NCBI GenBank assembly: GCA_028280285.1
Contig: JANQMA010000003.1
Location: 8,868-72,867, forward strand
DNA: 64,000 nt
DNA from: Candidatus Omnitrophota bacterium
GTDB taxonomy: Bacteria > Omnitrophota > Gorgyraeia > Zapsychrales > Zapsychraceae
Reading direction: 5' to 3'
Positions 28,391 to 38,058 of the stretch are shown piece after piece. The notes under the pieces were generated by a model that saw only the letters and a list, made by a program, of their open reading frames with translations, was not told the DNA's origin and made no database searches. Position 1 is the first letter of the stretch; every line of letters starts with the position of its first letter. Made by a program: the position numbers and the translations under genes.

Positions 28391-29662
28391 ATGAACAAGC
28401 TATTACAAAAAATTCAAGAGTCAAAGCCATACCGTAATCTGCTGATATTTTTTGCGATTATGGGCCCCGGGATTATTACGGCGAATGTTGATAATGACGC
28501 CGGGGGCATTGCGACGTATTCTTTGGCCGGCGCCCATTACGGTTATACGCTTATCTGGTCTTTGATTCCGATTACGATCGCCCTTGTCATTGTCATGGAG
28601 ATGTGCGCACGTATGGCGGTGGCCACGGGCAAAGGACTGGCTGATCTTATCCGTGAAAACTATGGGGTCAAAATTACGTTTTATATGATGGTTGCGCTTT
28701 TTTTCGTGAATCTGACAAATGTCATGGCTGAGTTTGCCGGGGTGGCCGCTAGTTTAGAAATATTTGGAATCAGTAAATACATAAGTGTGCCGCTGGCCGG
28801 ACTTTTTGTTTGGATGCTTGTTGTTAAAGGAACGTATCGTTCGGTCGAGAAGGTATTTTTATTTGCCTGTTTGTTCTATGTGGCCTATATTATATCAGGT
28901 GTGATTGCTAAACCGGACTGGAAAGAGGTATTTCAACAAACAATTAATCCGCAAATTGATTGGTCGCTTGATTATACGGTGATGCTGGTTGGTCTGGTCG
29001 GGACAACCATTGCCCCATGGATGACGTTTTATCTGCAATCATCCACGGTTGAAAAAGGTGTTGCAGTGGAAGATTACGATCATCTGCGTTTGGATGTGGT
29101 CGGCGGTTCGATCATCGCGCCGATTGTGGCCTTTTTTATTATCGTTGCTTGTGCGGCAACACTGCATAAGGCTGGTATAACAATTCATTCAGCCAAAGAG
29201 GCGGCGCTCGCGCTGAAACCGCTGGCCGGCAATTACGCGACGATTTTATTTTCCGGCGGTCTGTTCATTGCTTCCATTTTTGCCGCGAGCATACTGCCTA
29301 TTTCCACGGCCTACAGTGTTTGCGAGGGTATGGGTTGGGATGCCGGTGTTGATAAGCGGACCGAAGAGGCGCCGCAGTTTTTCTGGCTGTACGCAGTTAT
29401 GATTATCATTGGCGCAGGGGTTGTGCTTATTCCAAACTTTCCGCTTTTAAAAATGATGTATTTATCGCAGGTGGGCAACGGTATATTGCTTCCGATCGTC
29501 CTGGTGCTTATGGTGCGGCTGAGTAATGACAGAGATATTATGGGTGAGTTTACCAACAGCCGCTGGCTTAATATTGTCACGTGGATTACCGTTTCAGTGA
29601 TTATTGTTTTAACACTGTTTATGGTAGGATTTTTGTTTTTATTTCCAAATACAGTAATTTAA
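28391..29662 (+). CDS. Nramp-family divalent metal transporter
   Basis: GPGIIT..VDNDAGGIATYS, TGKGLADLIRE, GTTIAPW. Confidence 0.92.
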   Translation: MNKLLQKIQESKPYRNLLIFFAIMGPGIITANVDNDAGGIATYSLAGAHYGYTLIWSLIPITIALVIVMEMCARMAVATGKGLADLIRENYGVKITFYMMVALFFVNLTNVMAEFAGVAASLEIFGISKYISVPLAGLFVWMLVVKGTYRSVEKVFLFACLFYVAYIISGVIAKPDWKEVFQQTINPQIDWSLDYTVMLVGLVGTTIAPWMTFYLQSSTVEKGVAVEDYDHLRLDVVGGSIIAPIVAFFIIVACAATLHKAGITIHSAKEAALALKPLAGNYATILFSGGLFIASIFAASILPISTAYSVCEGMGWDAGVDKRTEEAPQFFWLYAVMIIIGAGVVLIPNFPLLKMMYLSQVGNGILLPIVLVLMVRLSNDRDIMGEFTNSRWLNIVTWITVSVIIVLTLFMVGFLFLFPNTVI

Positions 29663-29691
29663 TAATATTAGTTTTAATAGGAAAGGGTATT

Positions 29692-29994
29692 ATGAAAAAA
29701 ATTGAAGCAATTGTCCGAAAAGAGAAATTTGATGATGTCATTAAAGAATTGGAAGATATGGGCATTGGCGGGGTAACTGTTACAGAGGCGGTTGGTTTCG
29801 GCCATCACCGTAATGGCCTTAAACCCAAGATGAAAATTGACATTTATGCGGATGAATTCACCGTAGATAAGGTAATTGACGCCATCCGTAAAGTGGCTAA
29901 AACCGGCACAACCGGAGACGGCAAAATTGCCGTTTTTTCGATTGAGAATATCATCAAAATCCGCACAGGGGATGAGGGCGCAAGCGCCATTTAG
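29692..29994 (+). CDS. P-II family regulator with shortened T-loop
   Basis: MKKIEAIVR, GFG, TG..GDGKI, IRTG..G..AI; 100 aa. Confidence 0.9.
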   Translation: MKKIEAIVRKEKFDDVIKELEDMGIGGVTVTEAVGFGHHRNGLKPKMKIDIYADEFTVDKVIDAIRKVAKTGTTGDGKIAVFSIENIIKIRTGDEGASAI

Positions 29995-30066
29995 AGGTGT
30001 TAGGTGTAAGGTTTTGGGTTTTAGGTCGACTAACACCCAACACCCAACACCTAAAACCTAGAACCT
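29995..30066. repeat. Family B heptamer element
   Basis: AGGTGTT AGGTGTA AGGTTTT GGGTTTT / AACACCC AACACCC AACACCT AAAACCT AGAACCT. Confidence 0.85.
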
Positions 30067-30184
30067 TTTGGGGGCAGGGTTTGTAAATATTTGTTTACAT
30101 TTGGCCTACCTATACTATAATGTTGGCTTCGTTGGGACTAATGTTTTATACTTAATAAAGAAACTAAAAGGTGGTGATTAAAGC

Positions 30185-30337
30185 ATGATCGAAGTTAAAG
30201 TCCAGGATCCTGGTAATTTCGAACGCGCGATGCGCGCTTTCAAGAAAGCGTGCCAGAAAGACGGTTTTATGATGGAATTAAAGGAAAGACGATTCTACGT
30301 AAAGCCATCTGAGAAAAAACGTAAAAAACGCAAGTAA
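30185..30337 (+). CDS. rpsU: 30S ribosomal protein S21
   Basis: Manual translation MIEVKVQDPGNFERAMRAFKKACQKDGFMMELKERRFYVKPSEKKRKKRK; SD GGTGGTG; below ORF-track cutoff. Confidence 0.93.
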   Translation: MIEVKVQDPGNFERAMRAFKKACQKDGFMMELKERRFYVKPSEKKRKKRK

Positions 30338-30347
30338 TATACACCCG

Positions 30348-30393
30348 CCCCGGCTGCTTCGCTTTGCGAAGCAAAGCGGCCGGGGAGCCGGGG
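30348..30393. repeat. GC-rich hairpin containing TGCTTCGC-TTT-GCGAAGCA
   Basis: Inner stem matches the insertion at 7458-7480; outer CCCCGGC/GCCGGGG. Confidence 0.6.
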
Positions 30394-30444
30394 TTCTCAT
30401 TTCAAGCCTATCCAGGCATTTAATTAGCTTTTCAAGGATTACAC

Positions 30445-32001
30445 ATGTTAAAGGTACAAAGAGCACTCATCAGTGTTTCTGACAAAAAAGGAATTGTTCC
30501 TTTTGCCAAGGGATTGGTGGCCTTAGGGGTGGAAGTTCTCTCAACAGGAGGTACGGCCAAACTACTCAGGGAAAACGGTCTTAAGGTAACCGATGTGTCG
30601 GATTTTACAGGATTTCCCGAAATGCTGGATGGACGCGTTAAGACGCTGCATCCAAAAGTGCATGGGGGCATTCTTGCCATGCGCGATAAGAAAACCCACA
30701 TGGAGCAGGTCAAAGAACACAAGATCGATCTTATTGATATGGTTGTAGTTAATCTTTACCCGTTTGCGGCAACCGTTAAAAAGAAAAATGTAAGCCTGGA
30801 AGAAGCGATTGAAAATATTGATATTGGCGGGCCGACCATGCTCAGGTCTGCGGCCAAGAATTACAAAGGTGTTGCGGTTGTTTGTAATCCGGAAAAATAC
30901 AAATCGATTCTCGATGAGCTGGATCAAAACAGTGGTCTTCTGTCTGACACGGTGTTATTTAAACTGTCTGTCGAAGCATTTACCCATACGGCCCAGTATG
31001 ATGCGATGATTTCCTCCTTTTTATCCGACCGTATTTCATCGTCGGATTTTGATGAGCTGCCTAAAGGGGTAACCCTTCAATTTGAAAAAGCGCAAGACCT
31101 GCGGTATGGAGAAAATCCTCATCAGGCGGCCGCTTTTTATAAAGATAAAAACGAGGACTTTGGATTTGCGGACTTTAAACAGATTCACGGCAAAGAGCTT
31201 TCCTTTAATAATATATATGATCTAAACGCGGCATTGGATTTTGTGCGTGGTTTTAAAGAGCCGGCGGCCGTGATTATTAAACATAATAATCCGACCGGTC
31301 TTGCGCAAAATAAAGATTTGGCGACGGCCTATAAACAGGCGCACAGTTGTGATCCTGTATCAGCCTTTGGGGGGATTATCGGCTTAAATGCCAAAGTCGA
31401 TGCCAAGACAGCTACGCTTATTGCAAAGAGCGGGTTTATGGAATGTGTGTTGGCGCCGGGCTTTGCGCGTGAGGCGCTTAAGGTGCTCAAGGCTAAGAAG
31501 AATCTGCGTTTGGTGGAAATGAATTTCAAAAAGCTTGCCAAAGGCGGTTATGATTATAAAAAGGTTGCCGGCGGATTGCTTCTTCAGGAAAAAGACGAGT
31601 TTGATATTGCGGCTCGGGATTTGAAAGTCGTGACCAAGAAAAAACCGACCAAGACCCAAATTGAGGGGATGCTTTTCGGGTGGAGGATGATCAAAAATGT
31701 TAAGTCTAACGCGATTATTCTTGTTAAAGGGCAAAAGTGTGTTGGCATTGGCTGCGGACAGACATCCCGTGTTGAGGCAGCCAAAATAGCTATTGCCAAG
31801 GCCGGCCGTGACGCCAAAGGCTCTGTTTTAATCTCCGATGCTTTTATTCCCCATATTGATAATGTTCAACTGGCGGCCAAGGCCGGTATTGCTGCGATCA
31901 TCCAAACAGGCGGATCGGTTGTTGATAAGGAAGTCATCGCCGAGGCTGATAAAGCGAAAATAGCTATGGTGATGAGCGGCATTCGTCACTTTAAGCATTG
32001 A
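30445..32001 (+). CDS. purH: Bifunctional AICAR transformylase/IMP cyclohydrolase
   Basis: RALISVSDK, GRVKTLHP, LRYGENPHQ, KHNNP, RHFKH. Confidence 0.98.
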   Translation: MLKVQRALISVSDKKGIVPFAKGLVALGVEVLSTGGTAKLLRENGLKVTDVSDFTGFPEMLDGRVKTLHPKVHGGILAMRDKKTHMEQVKEHKIDLIDMVVVNLYPFAATVKKKNVSLEEAIENIDIGGPTMLRSAAKNYKGVAVVCNPEKYKSILDELDQNSGLLSDTVLFKLSVEAFTHTAQYDAMISSFLSDRISSSDFDELPKGVTLQFEKAQDLRYGENPHQAAAFYKDKNEDFGFADFKQIHGKELSFNNIYDLNAALDFVRGFKEPAAVIIKHNNPTGLAQNKDLATAYKQAHSCDPVSAFGGIIGLNAKVDAKTATLIAKSGFMECVLAPGFAREALKVLKAKKNLRLVEMNFKKLAKGGYDYKKVAGGLLLQEKDEFDIAARDLKVVTKKKPTKTQIEGMLFGWRMIKNVKSNAIILVKGQKCVGIGCGQTSRVEAAKIAIAKAGRDAKGSVLISDAFIPHIDNVQLAAKAGIAAIIQTGGSVVDKEVIAEADKAKIAMVMSGIRHFKH

Positions 32002-32004
32002 AAT

Positions 32005-32061
32005 AGTGGTCTGTGCTCTGTGATCAGTGGTCAGATCACGGACCACGGACCACAGAACACC
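32005..32061. repeat. Family C heptamer element
   Basis: AGTGGTC TGTGCTC TGTGATC AGTGGTC / GATCACG GACCACG GACCACA GAACACC. Confidence 0.85.
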
Positions 32062-32071
32062 ATTTTGAAAT

Positions 32072-33433
32072 ATGAATTATAAAGAAGCCTTAAAGTATCT
32101 CGATTCCTTCATCAATTATGAATCGGTTAAGGCCAAAAACTTTCCGCGTCATTTTCACTTAATCCGTGTTGATAAACTCCTTTCTCTTATCGGCAATCCG
32201 CATAAACAATTAAAGTCCGTTCACATCGCCGGTTCCAAAGGCAAAGGTTCGACGGCAAACTTTTTAACGCATATATTAAAATGCGCGGACTACAAAGTCG
32301 GCCTGTATACCTCACCCCATGTATATGATTTTAAAGAGCGTATCGCTGTTTTTCATAAAGACAGCACGTCCAGTTTGTTTGACAATTCTATTTCCGAAGC
32401 AGCGCTTGCGCAGTGTATTAGTGAAATCAAACCGGCGATTGAAGAAGTCCGCCATGACGAAGAGCTTGGCCGGCTGTCCTTTTTCGAAGTTTTTACAGTT
32501 GCCGCCTTATATTATTTTGCGAAACAAAGAGTCGATTTTGCGGTTATCGAAACCGGTTTAGGAGGAAGGCTTGATGCAACTAATGTTATTGATTCAATGA
32601 TAGCAATCATAACCCCGATCGGATTGGAACATACACATGTCTTAGGGAAAACTTTAGATAAAATTGCCGCAGAAAAGATTGCGATTGTGAAAACCAAAGG
32701 ACAGGGTGTTGTTGTTTCCCGTCAAGAAGCCCCGGCAAAAGAAGTGATTACAACACACTGTACAGAGCTTAAATGCAATCCGGTTTGGGTAGACGATGAG
32801 TTTAAATTTATGATCACAAATAAAGGTTTAGAAGGTCAGACATTTGTTATTAAAAGTGAAACCGACTGCATACCTTTATGCACTAAACTCATTGGCGATC
32901 ATCAAGCGGAAAATGTATGTAATGCGATTGCCGCGGTTAAATTGCTTAGAGAATGGGGATATGTTGTATCCGGCGATGCCATTATCGACGGCACACTGAG
33001 TGCTGAGTGGCCGATCCGTTTTGAGGTGATTGATTTAAATCCAACGATTATTTTAGATGCGGCCCATACAGGTGAGTCTGTCCGGTCTTTAATCCAGACG
33101 GTAAAGTCCGTTCTTAAAGATAAAAGAATAAAAATCATTTTAGGTATTTCAGATGATAAAGATATTAAAACCATGTGTGCCCAGTTAAAAGAAATAAGCG
33201 ATGATATTATTTTAACCCGTGCCGTTCACAAAAGAGCGCACGTTTTTACGGATGAAGATAATAAACGTTACTTCGATAATCAGGCGCGGTTGACGCATTG
33301 TGTCGACGGCGCCCTTGACTTGGCGCTTCAAGGGATGGCGCAAGATGAGGCCTTGGTTATTACAGGCTCAGTATTTGTGGCCAGTGAAGCGCGGAAATTA
33401 TTGAAGGAAGAAAGAGAAAATGTATCAGTATAA
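32072..33433 (+). CDS. folC: Folylpolyglutamate/dihydrofolate synthase
   Basis: HIAGSKGKGST, YTSPH, ETGLGGRLDATN, LDAAH. Confidence 0.95.
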   Translation: MNYKEALKYLDSFINYESVKAKNFPRHFHLIRVDKLLSLIGNPHKQLKSVHIAGSKGKGSTANFLTHILKCADYKVGLYTSPHVYDFKERIAVFHKDSTSSLFDNSISEAALAQCISEIKPAIEEVRHDEELGRLSFFEVFTVAALYYFAKQRVDFAVIETGLGGRLDATNVIDSMIAIITPIGLEHTHVLGKTLDKIAAEKIAIVKTKGQGVVVSRQEAPAKEVITTHCTELKCNPVWVDDEFKFMITNKGLEGQTFVIKSETDCIPLCTKLIGDHQAENVCNAIAAVKLLREWGYVVSGDAIIDGTLSAEWPIRFEVIDLNPTIILDAAHTGESVRSLIQTVKSVLKDKRIKIILGISDDKDIKTMCAQLKEISDDIILTRAVHKRAHVFTDEDNKRYFDNQARLTHCVDGALDLALQGMAQDEALVITGSVFVASEARKLLKEERENVSV

Positions 33434-34814
33434 AGGACTTGAAGACACGATTGCAGCTATATCCACGCCCTCCGGGCAGGGAGGTATTGGTATAATCCGC
33501 ATTAGCGGTAAGGATGCTATTAATGTCGCCGATCAAGTGTTTAAGCCTAAAAGCAAAAAATCAATTTCTGCCGCGCGCAGTTATACCGTACACTATGGCT
33601 GGATTGCCGATGATCGTGATGAGATTATCGATGAAGTCCTTTTAACAATTATGCGCGGACCAAAGAGCTATACAACCGAAGATGTGATTGAAATCAGCTG
33701 TCATGGCGGTATTATTTCTTTGCGTGCGATCCTTAAGCAAGTAACAGATAAAGGTGCCCGTCTCGCCGAGCCAGGAGAGTTTACTAAGCGTGCTTTTCTT
33801 AATGGGCGTATTGATTTAACACAGGCCGAGGCCGTGCTTGATATTATTAATTCCAAGACCGATGCTTTTCTTAAAGTCAGCACTAATCAACTTAAAGGGG
33901 AGCTTTCTCACGAGCTTGCCGTAATCCGCGAACATATTTTAAACACCTATGTTGAGATGGAAGCGATTGTTAATTTTCCTGAAGATGATATCGATAGTGA
34001 AGGCCGCAAAAAATTATCCTATGATATTGAAAAGGCTAAGAGCAAAATTGATCAACTCCTTTTAGAAAGTGATCAAGGACGTATTCTGCGTGAAGGCATG
34101 AAACTTGTTTTATGCGGCAAACCCAATGTCGGTAAATCATCGCTCTTAAATGTTCTTTTAAAGACAGAGCGTGCGATTGTCTCTGATGTAGCCGGCACGA
34201 CGAGAGATACGATTGAAGAAAGTGCGCAGATCAATGGTGTGCCGTTTCAGGTTATAGATACTGCCGGGATTTTAAACCCTCGTGATCAAATAGAAGAAGA
34301 AGCGATTAAACGTTCAGAAATGTCTATGCAAGGGGCGGACATTGTTCTTGTTGTTTTAGATGGCGGTCAAGAATTAGATGAAAAAGACCACGCAATAATG
34401 CAGACAGTTAAAGGTCAGAATGCTTTGGTTGTTATTAATAAATCAGATCTTGACAATAAAGTGGATAAGTCAGAGATAATTGGATTTTTCGATGAAAAAC
34501 GGATAGTTAATGTGTCTGCACTCAATAAGAGCGGCGTTGATCAGTTAAGGGAATCAATTGTTTATAATGTTCTTCATACAGAAGCGATTAATGTTCACGG
34601 AACGGTTGTGAGCAATCTTCGCCACATTCAATCACTTAAAGAAGCGCAAACGCTTCTTGCTTCTTCCCAAAAAGGATTATTAGAAAATCTTTCCTTAGAA
34701 TTTGTATCAGAAGATCTAAAGCAATCCGTCAATCATCTCGACGCTATTACGGGTAAGAATATTGATGTCGATTTGCTCGACACCATCTTTTCGCAATTCT
34801 GTATTGGAAAGTAA
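33420..34814 (+). CDS. mnmE: tRNA modification GTPase MnmE
   Basis: DTIAAIST, GEFTKRAFLNGR, GKPNVGKSS, FCIGK. Confidence 0.98.
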   Translation: MYQYKGLEDTIAAISTPSGQGGIGIIRISGKDAINVADQVFKPKSKKSISAARSYTVHYGWIADDRDEIIDEVLLTIMRGPKSYTTEDVIEISCHGGIISLRAILKQVTDKGARLAEPGEFTKRAFLNGRIDLTQAEAVLDIINSKTDAFLKVSTNQLKGELSHELAVIREHILNTYVEMEAIVNFPEDDIDSEGRKKLSYDIEKAKSKIDQLLLESDQGRILREGMKLVLCGKPNVGKSSLLNVLLKTERAIVSDVAGTTRDTIEESAQINGVPFQVIDTAGILNPRDQIEEEAIKRSEMSMQGADIVLVVLDGGQELDEKDHAIMQTVKGQNALVVINKSDLDNKVDKSEIIGFFDEKRIVNVSALNKSGVDQLRESIVYNVLHTEAINVHGTVVSNLRHIQSLKEAQTLLASSQKGLLENLSLEFVSEDLKQSVNHLDAITGKNIDVDLLDTIFSQFCIGK

Positions 34815-34885
34815 TTGTATTTAGTAATTGGTAGTTGGTAATTGGCGCTCGATCATTAACTCCAATTACTAATTACCAAATACAA
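34815..34885. repeat. Heptamer inverted-repeat element, family F (GGTAATT)
   Basis: TGTATTT AGTAATT GGTAGTT GGTAATT / AATTACT AATTACC AAATACA. Confidence 0.8.
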
Positions 34886-35669
34886 TGCTTTTAAACAAAA
34901 TAACCTTCGGCTCCGTTTTCTTTTTAACGGCTTTGGAGGAAGGCTTCTTGGCATTTGAGGCGTTTGCGATCAGTTCTTTTTGAAAATCAAAAAGTTTTTG
35001 CATTGCATCAGGGTCTTGCATCAGCGCTTGAATTTTTGGATTTTTAAGAAGACTAACAAAATCTTTTTCTTCAATCTGCCGCAATGTTTCTTTATCGCTT
35101 AACAAATCTCTAACAGATGAATCTTTCATTAAGTTTTTGTAGCTTTTTGTCTGACGGGCTTGCTCTGCCTTTTGAGGGTTTTGTAAAACTTGGGAAATAT
35201 TACTTATTGCTTTTACCGGATCTTTATTATCTGCCGGGATAAACTCACTGATCCATTGGATGATTTTTGATGCTTTAATATTGTTTTGCACAGTTGTGAC
35301 GGCGGCCATTTTTAAAGGAATCAATGTGATTAACAGGATAAAAATCAAAAAAAGTGTCCCGCTCCAGATAACGCTGAAGACACCGCCACAAATCCGGCTA
35401 AGGTTTGATAATTCTTTTTCTTCGGACGTAAATGCCTTGAAAAACATCTTAGCGAATAAGCCAAGCGCGATATGGATAATAAACGGACCGAATAATCCTA
35501 TGATCAGGGCAAGGACGATATTGCCATTAACCATATAAATGTAATAGGAGATGGCTGTTCCTAAAAAGAGGGAAATGGGGCCGAGTAATGTTTTAAGAAA
35601 ACCCTTGAGGGCCCCCCTTAAAAAGGCGATTGTAAAAACAGTTGCTAGAATAAAATCAGTCTCATTCAT
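34869..35669 (-). CDS. CvpA family membrane protein
   Basis: D..L......F.RG..KGF N-terminus, RICGGVFS; start reassigned to 35669. Confidence 0.75.
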   Translation of the reverse strand: MNETDFILATVFTIAFLRGALKGFLKTLLGPISLFLGTAISYYIYMVNGNIVLALIIGLFGPFIIHIALGLFAKMFFKAFTSEEKELSNLSRICGGVFSVIWSGTLFLIFILLITLIPLKMAAVTTVQNNIKASKIIQWISEFIPADNKDPVKAISNISQVLQNPQKAEQARQTKSYKNLMKDSSVRDLLSDKETLRQIEEKDFVSLLKNPKIQALMQDPDAMQKLFDFQKELIANASNAKKPSSKAVKKKTEPKVILFKSIVFGN

Positions 35670-35985
35670 GGGCAGTAGTATATCATTGTTGATTCTCAAA
35701 GCAACCGTTTAAAAGGGATTTAATCGTTGTGGGGACAAATTTTCACATAAACTGTTGCTTTTTTTGAAATTTTGTACTATATTTAAATAACAATAAGCAG
35801 TAACTTTCATCCTAAAGCAGAATGCCACGGCTGTTACGGGACGAGCGCTTCAAAAGCGCGAATGGTGTTTTGCGGAGGGGATCCTCCTAAGTGCTTTTAA
35901 AATAAAAACTTATGAAATTCATTGCATTGTGTAACTATTATTCATAGAATAATCTTGGTCTAGATTATTGGGTAAGTGGGGAGAG

Positions 35986-36297
35986 ATGAATAACAAACGC
36001 AAATCAGAACGCTTCGATTGTTTGGTCCCGGTTGACGGGCAGCAGACGAGTGTTTTTTCTCAATTAAAGACAATTGACTTCAGCAGCACGGGACTTGGTT
36101 TTATCTCCAAAAATGAAATTCCGGTCGATCAAGAAATAGCCATTGAACTGGATCTTAAGGAATATGATGATCCTGCTTTTGTTGTGGGTATTGTTAAATG
36201 GGTGTGCAAGACAGAAAATGGTGATTATCGTATAGGGCTGCATTTTAAAGATTTAATCGATGATTCTAAGACACGTATTGATCGATATTTTTCATAA
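35986..36297 (+). CDS. PilZ-domain protein
   Basis: RKSER and DFSSTG motifs. Confidence 0.85.
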   Translation: MNNKRKSERFDCLVPVDGQQTSVFSQLKTIDFSSTGLGFISKNEIPVDQEIAIELDLKEYDDPAFVVGIVKWVCKTENGDYRIGLHFKDLIDDSKTRIDRYFS

Positions 36298-36311
36298 ACA
36301 ACTAAAATCAA

Positions 36312-36662
36312 ATGAGTTTTGAATTAACCGAACAGTCAGAAAGACGCCTTTGGGAGAGGTTTCCGGCCCGTTTTCCGGCCAAAATAAAGGACGCCAGAGA
36401 CGGTTTTGGGGAAGGTTTAAGCCTTTCTGATGCCTCTGCCACTGGCGCGCGCCTAATTAGCCGTGACAGATTTTATTTGAATGACAGCATTGCTGTACAG
36501 GTGCAGGTGCCGGACGGTCAAAGCCCTATGAATATGAAAGGGGAGGTTGTTTGGGCTAGACAGAAAGAAAACAGTAGTTGGGAGATTGGCATGCAGTTTC
36601 ATAAAGTTGAGTTTATGCATTTAACGCGTTTATATAAGTTTATTAATCCTTCCTTAGATTAG
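36312..36662 (+). CDS. PilZ-domain protein
   Basis: RLWER and DASATG motifs. Confidence 0.85.
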   Translation: MSFELTEQSERRLWERFPARFPAKIKDARDGFGEGLSLSDASATGARLISRDRFYLNDSIAVQVQVPDGQSPMNMKGEVVWARQKENSSWEIGMQFHKVEFMHLTRLYKFINPSLD

Positions 36663-36682
36663 CTTCCTTACCTATTTATATC

Positions 36683-36711
36683 TTGACCCACCAAATGCTC
36701 TATGTTAATAT
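36683..36711 (+). promoter_or_regulatory. Sigma70-type promoter of ABC operon
   Basis: TTGACC-17 bp-TAATAT with TG extension. Confidence 0.55.
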
Positions 36712-36765
36712 GTGCGGAATATTTATTCCTGGGCCTTCTTAATAATCTTAATATAGCAGGAGTTT

Positions 36766-38055
36766 TTGATGAAAAACGTGCTGGCCTTAGTGCTTTGTTT
36801 ATTTACATGTATAGGTTGCGGACAACCCAAGCAAGATGCTAATACAGTAACGTTATGGCATTGGATGACAGATCGCAATGATGCTTTTCAAGCATTGGCT
36901 GCCAAATATGAAGAAGAAACGGGAATTAAAGTTCAAATTGATTTATACCCGCCGTCAGACGCCTACACACAAAGAATCATCGCCTCAGCGCAGGCGCGCG
37001 TCCTTCCGGACATATACGGAATCTTAGATAAAAAACAAGTTTTTGCCTCATTCATTGAAAGTGGTTTTGTCGCTGATTTAACCGAAGATTTTGCCGCGAA
37101 TGACGGGGAATGGGAAAAAGCACTTTTTGCCAAAGCTTTGGATGTTAACCGCTTTAAAGAAGGCAACATATATAACATCAAACCTGGTATTTATGGCGCC
37201 CCTATCGATGTAACGAATATTCAAATGCTTTATAACAAAAAACTTTTGGCCAAAGCCGGAATTGATAAAGCTCCGCAAACATTTGATGAATTTTTAGCAG
37301 CGGCACAAGCGCTTAATCGTATTGGTGTCGCCGGGCTGGTCTCCGGCTGGGGTGAGCTTTGGATGGCGGACTGCTTTGCCTCAAACTATGCGTTTAATAT
37401 TATGGGCGAAGAAAAGGTTATGGCAACGTTTAGAGGAGAGGTTCCTTATACGGATCCTGATTGGATTGCGGTATTTAATGTGTTTAAACGTATGGCTGAT
37501 GCCAAAGCCTTTGCGCCGGGTATTGTGACTAAACCCAATAAAGATGCCGAACAATCATTTGCACTCGAACGTTCGGCATTTTCTTTTAACGGTTCATGGG
37601 GGGTTAATGCCTATCACGGAATGAATCCTGATCTTGACTATGGGGTTATGATGCCGCCTGCTATTAATCCGGATAATCCGATGTACATTTGGGGAGGCGC
37701 CGGTTCTTCTTTTGTTATAAACGGGGCTTCACAAAATAAAGATCAGGCTGTGGCCTTTTTAAAATGGTTTACCGCACGCGATCAACAGGTGTTTCTCGCG
37801 CAAGAAACGAAAAACTTACCATCAAACCGCAAAGCCTTATCAAAGATACCGGAAGTATTGTCCGATTATGCTAAAGCCATGGATAATACAACGCATCCAA
37901 CCATTTGGAAGTATAATGAGCACCCTCTCGTAGCGGAAACATATCTTAAAGGCATTCAATCAATTATCATCGGCGAAAAAACACCTGAACAGGTTGCAGG
38001 AGAAGTTCAGGCTGTTAAGGAGCGTGAAATGGCCAAAGCCGAAAAACGAAAATAA
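36766..38055 (+). CDS. Carbohydrate ABC transporter substrate-binding lipoprotein
   Basis: Lipobox IGC, LWHW, LYNKKL..KAG, NGSW. Confidence 0.92.
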   Translation: MMKNVLALVLCLFTCIGCGQPKQDANTVTLWHWMTDRNDAFQALAAKYEEETGIKVQIDLYPPSDAYTQRIIASAQARVLPDIYGILDKKQVFASFIESGFVADLTEDFAANDGEWEKALFAKALDVNRFKEGNIYNIKPGIYGAPIDVTNIQMLYNKKLLAKAGIDKAPQTFDEFLAAAQALNRIGVAGLVSGWGELWMADCFASNYAFNIMGEEKVMATFRGEVPYTDPDWIAVFNVFKRMADAKAFAPGIVTKPNKDAEQSFALERSAFSFNGSWGVNAYHGMNPDLDYGVMMPPAINPDNPMYIWGGAGSSFVINGASQNKDQAVAFLKWFTARDQQVFLAQETKNLPSNRKALSKIPEVLSDYAKAMDNTTHPTIWKYNEHPLVAETYLKGIQSIIIGEKTPEQVAGEVQAVKEREMAKAEKRK

Positions 38056-38058
38056 GAT

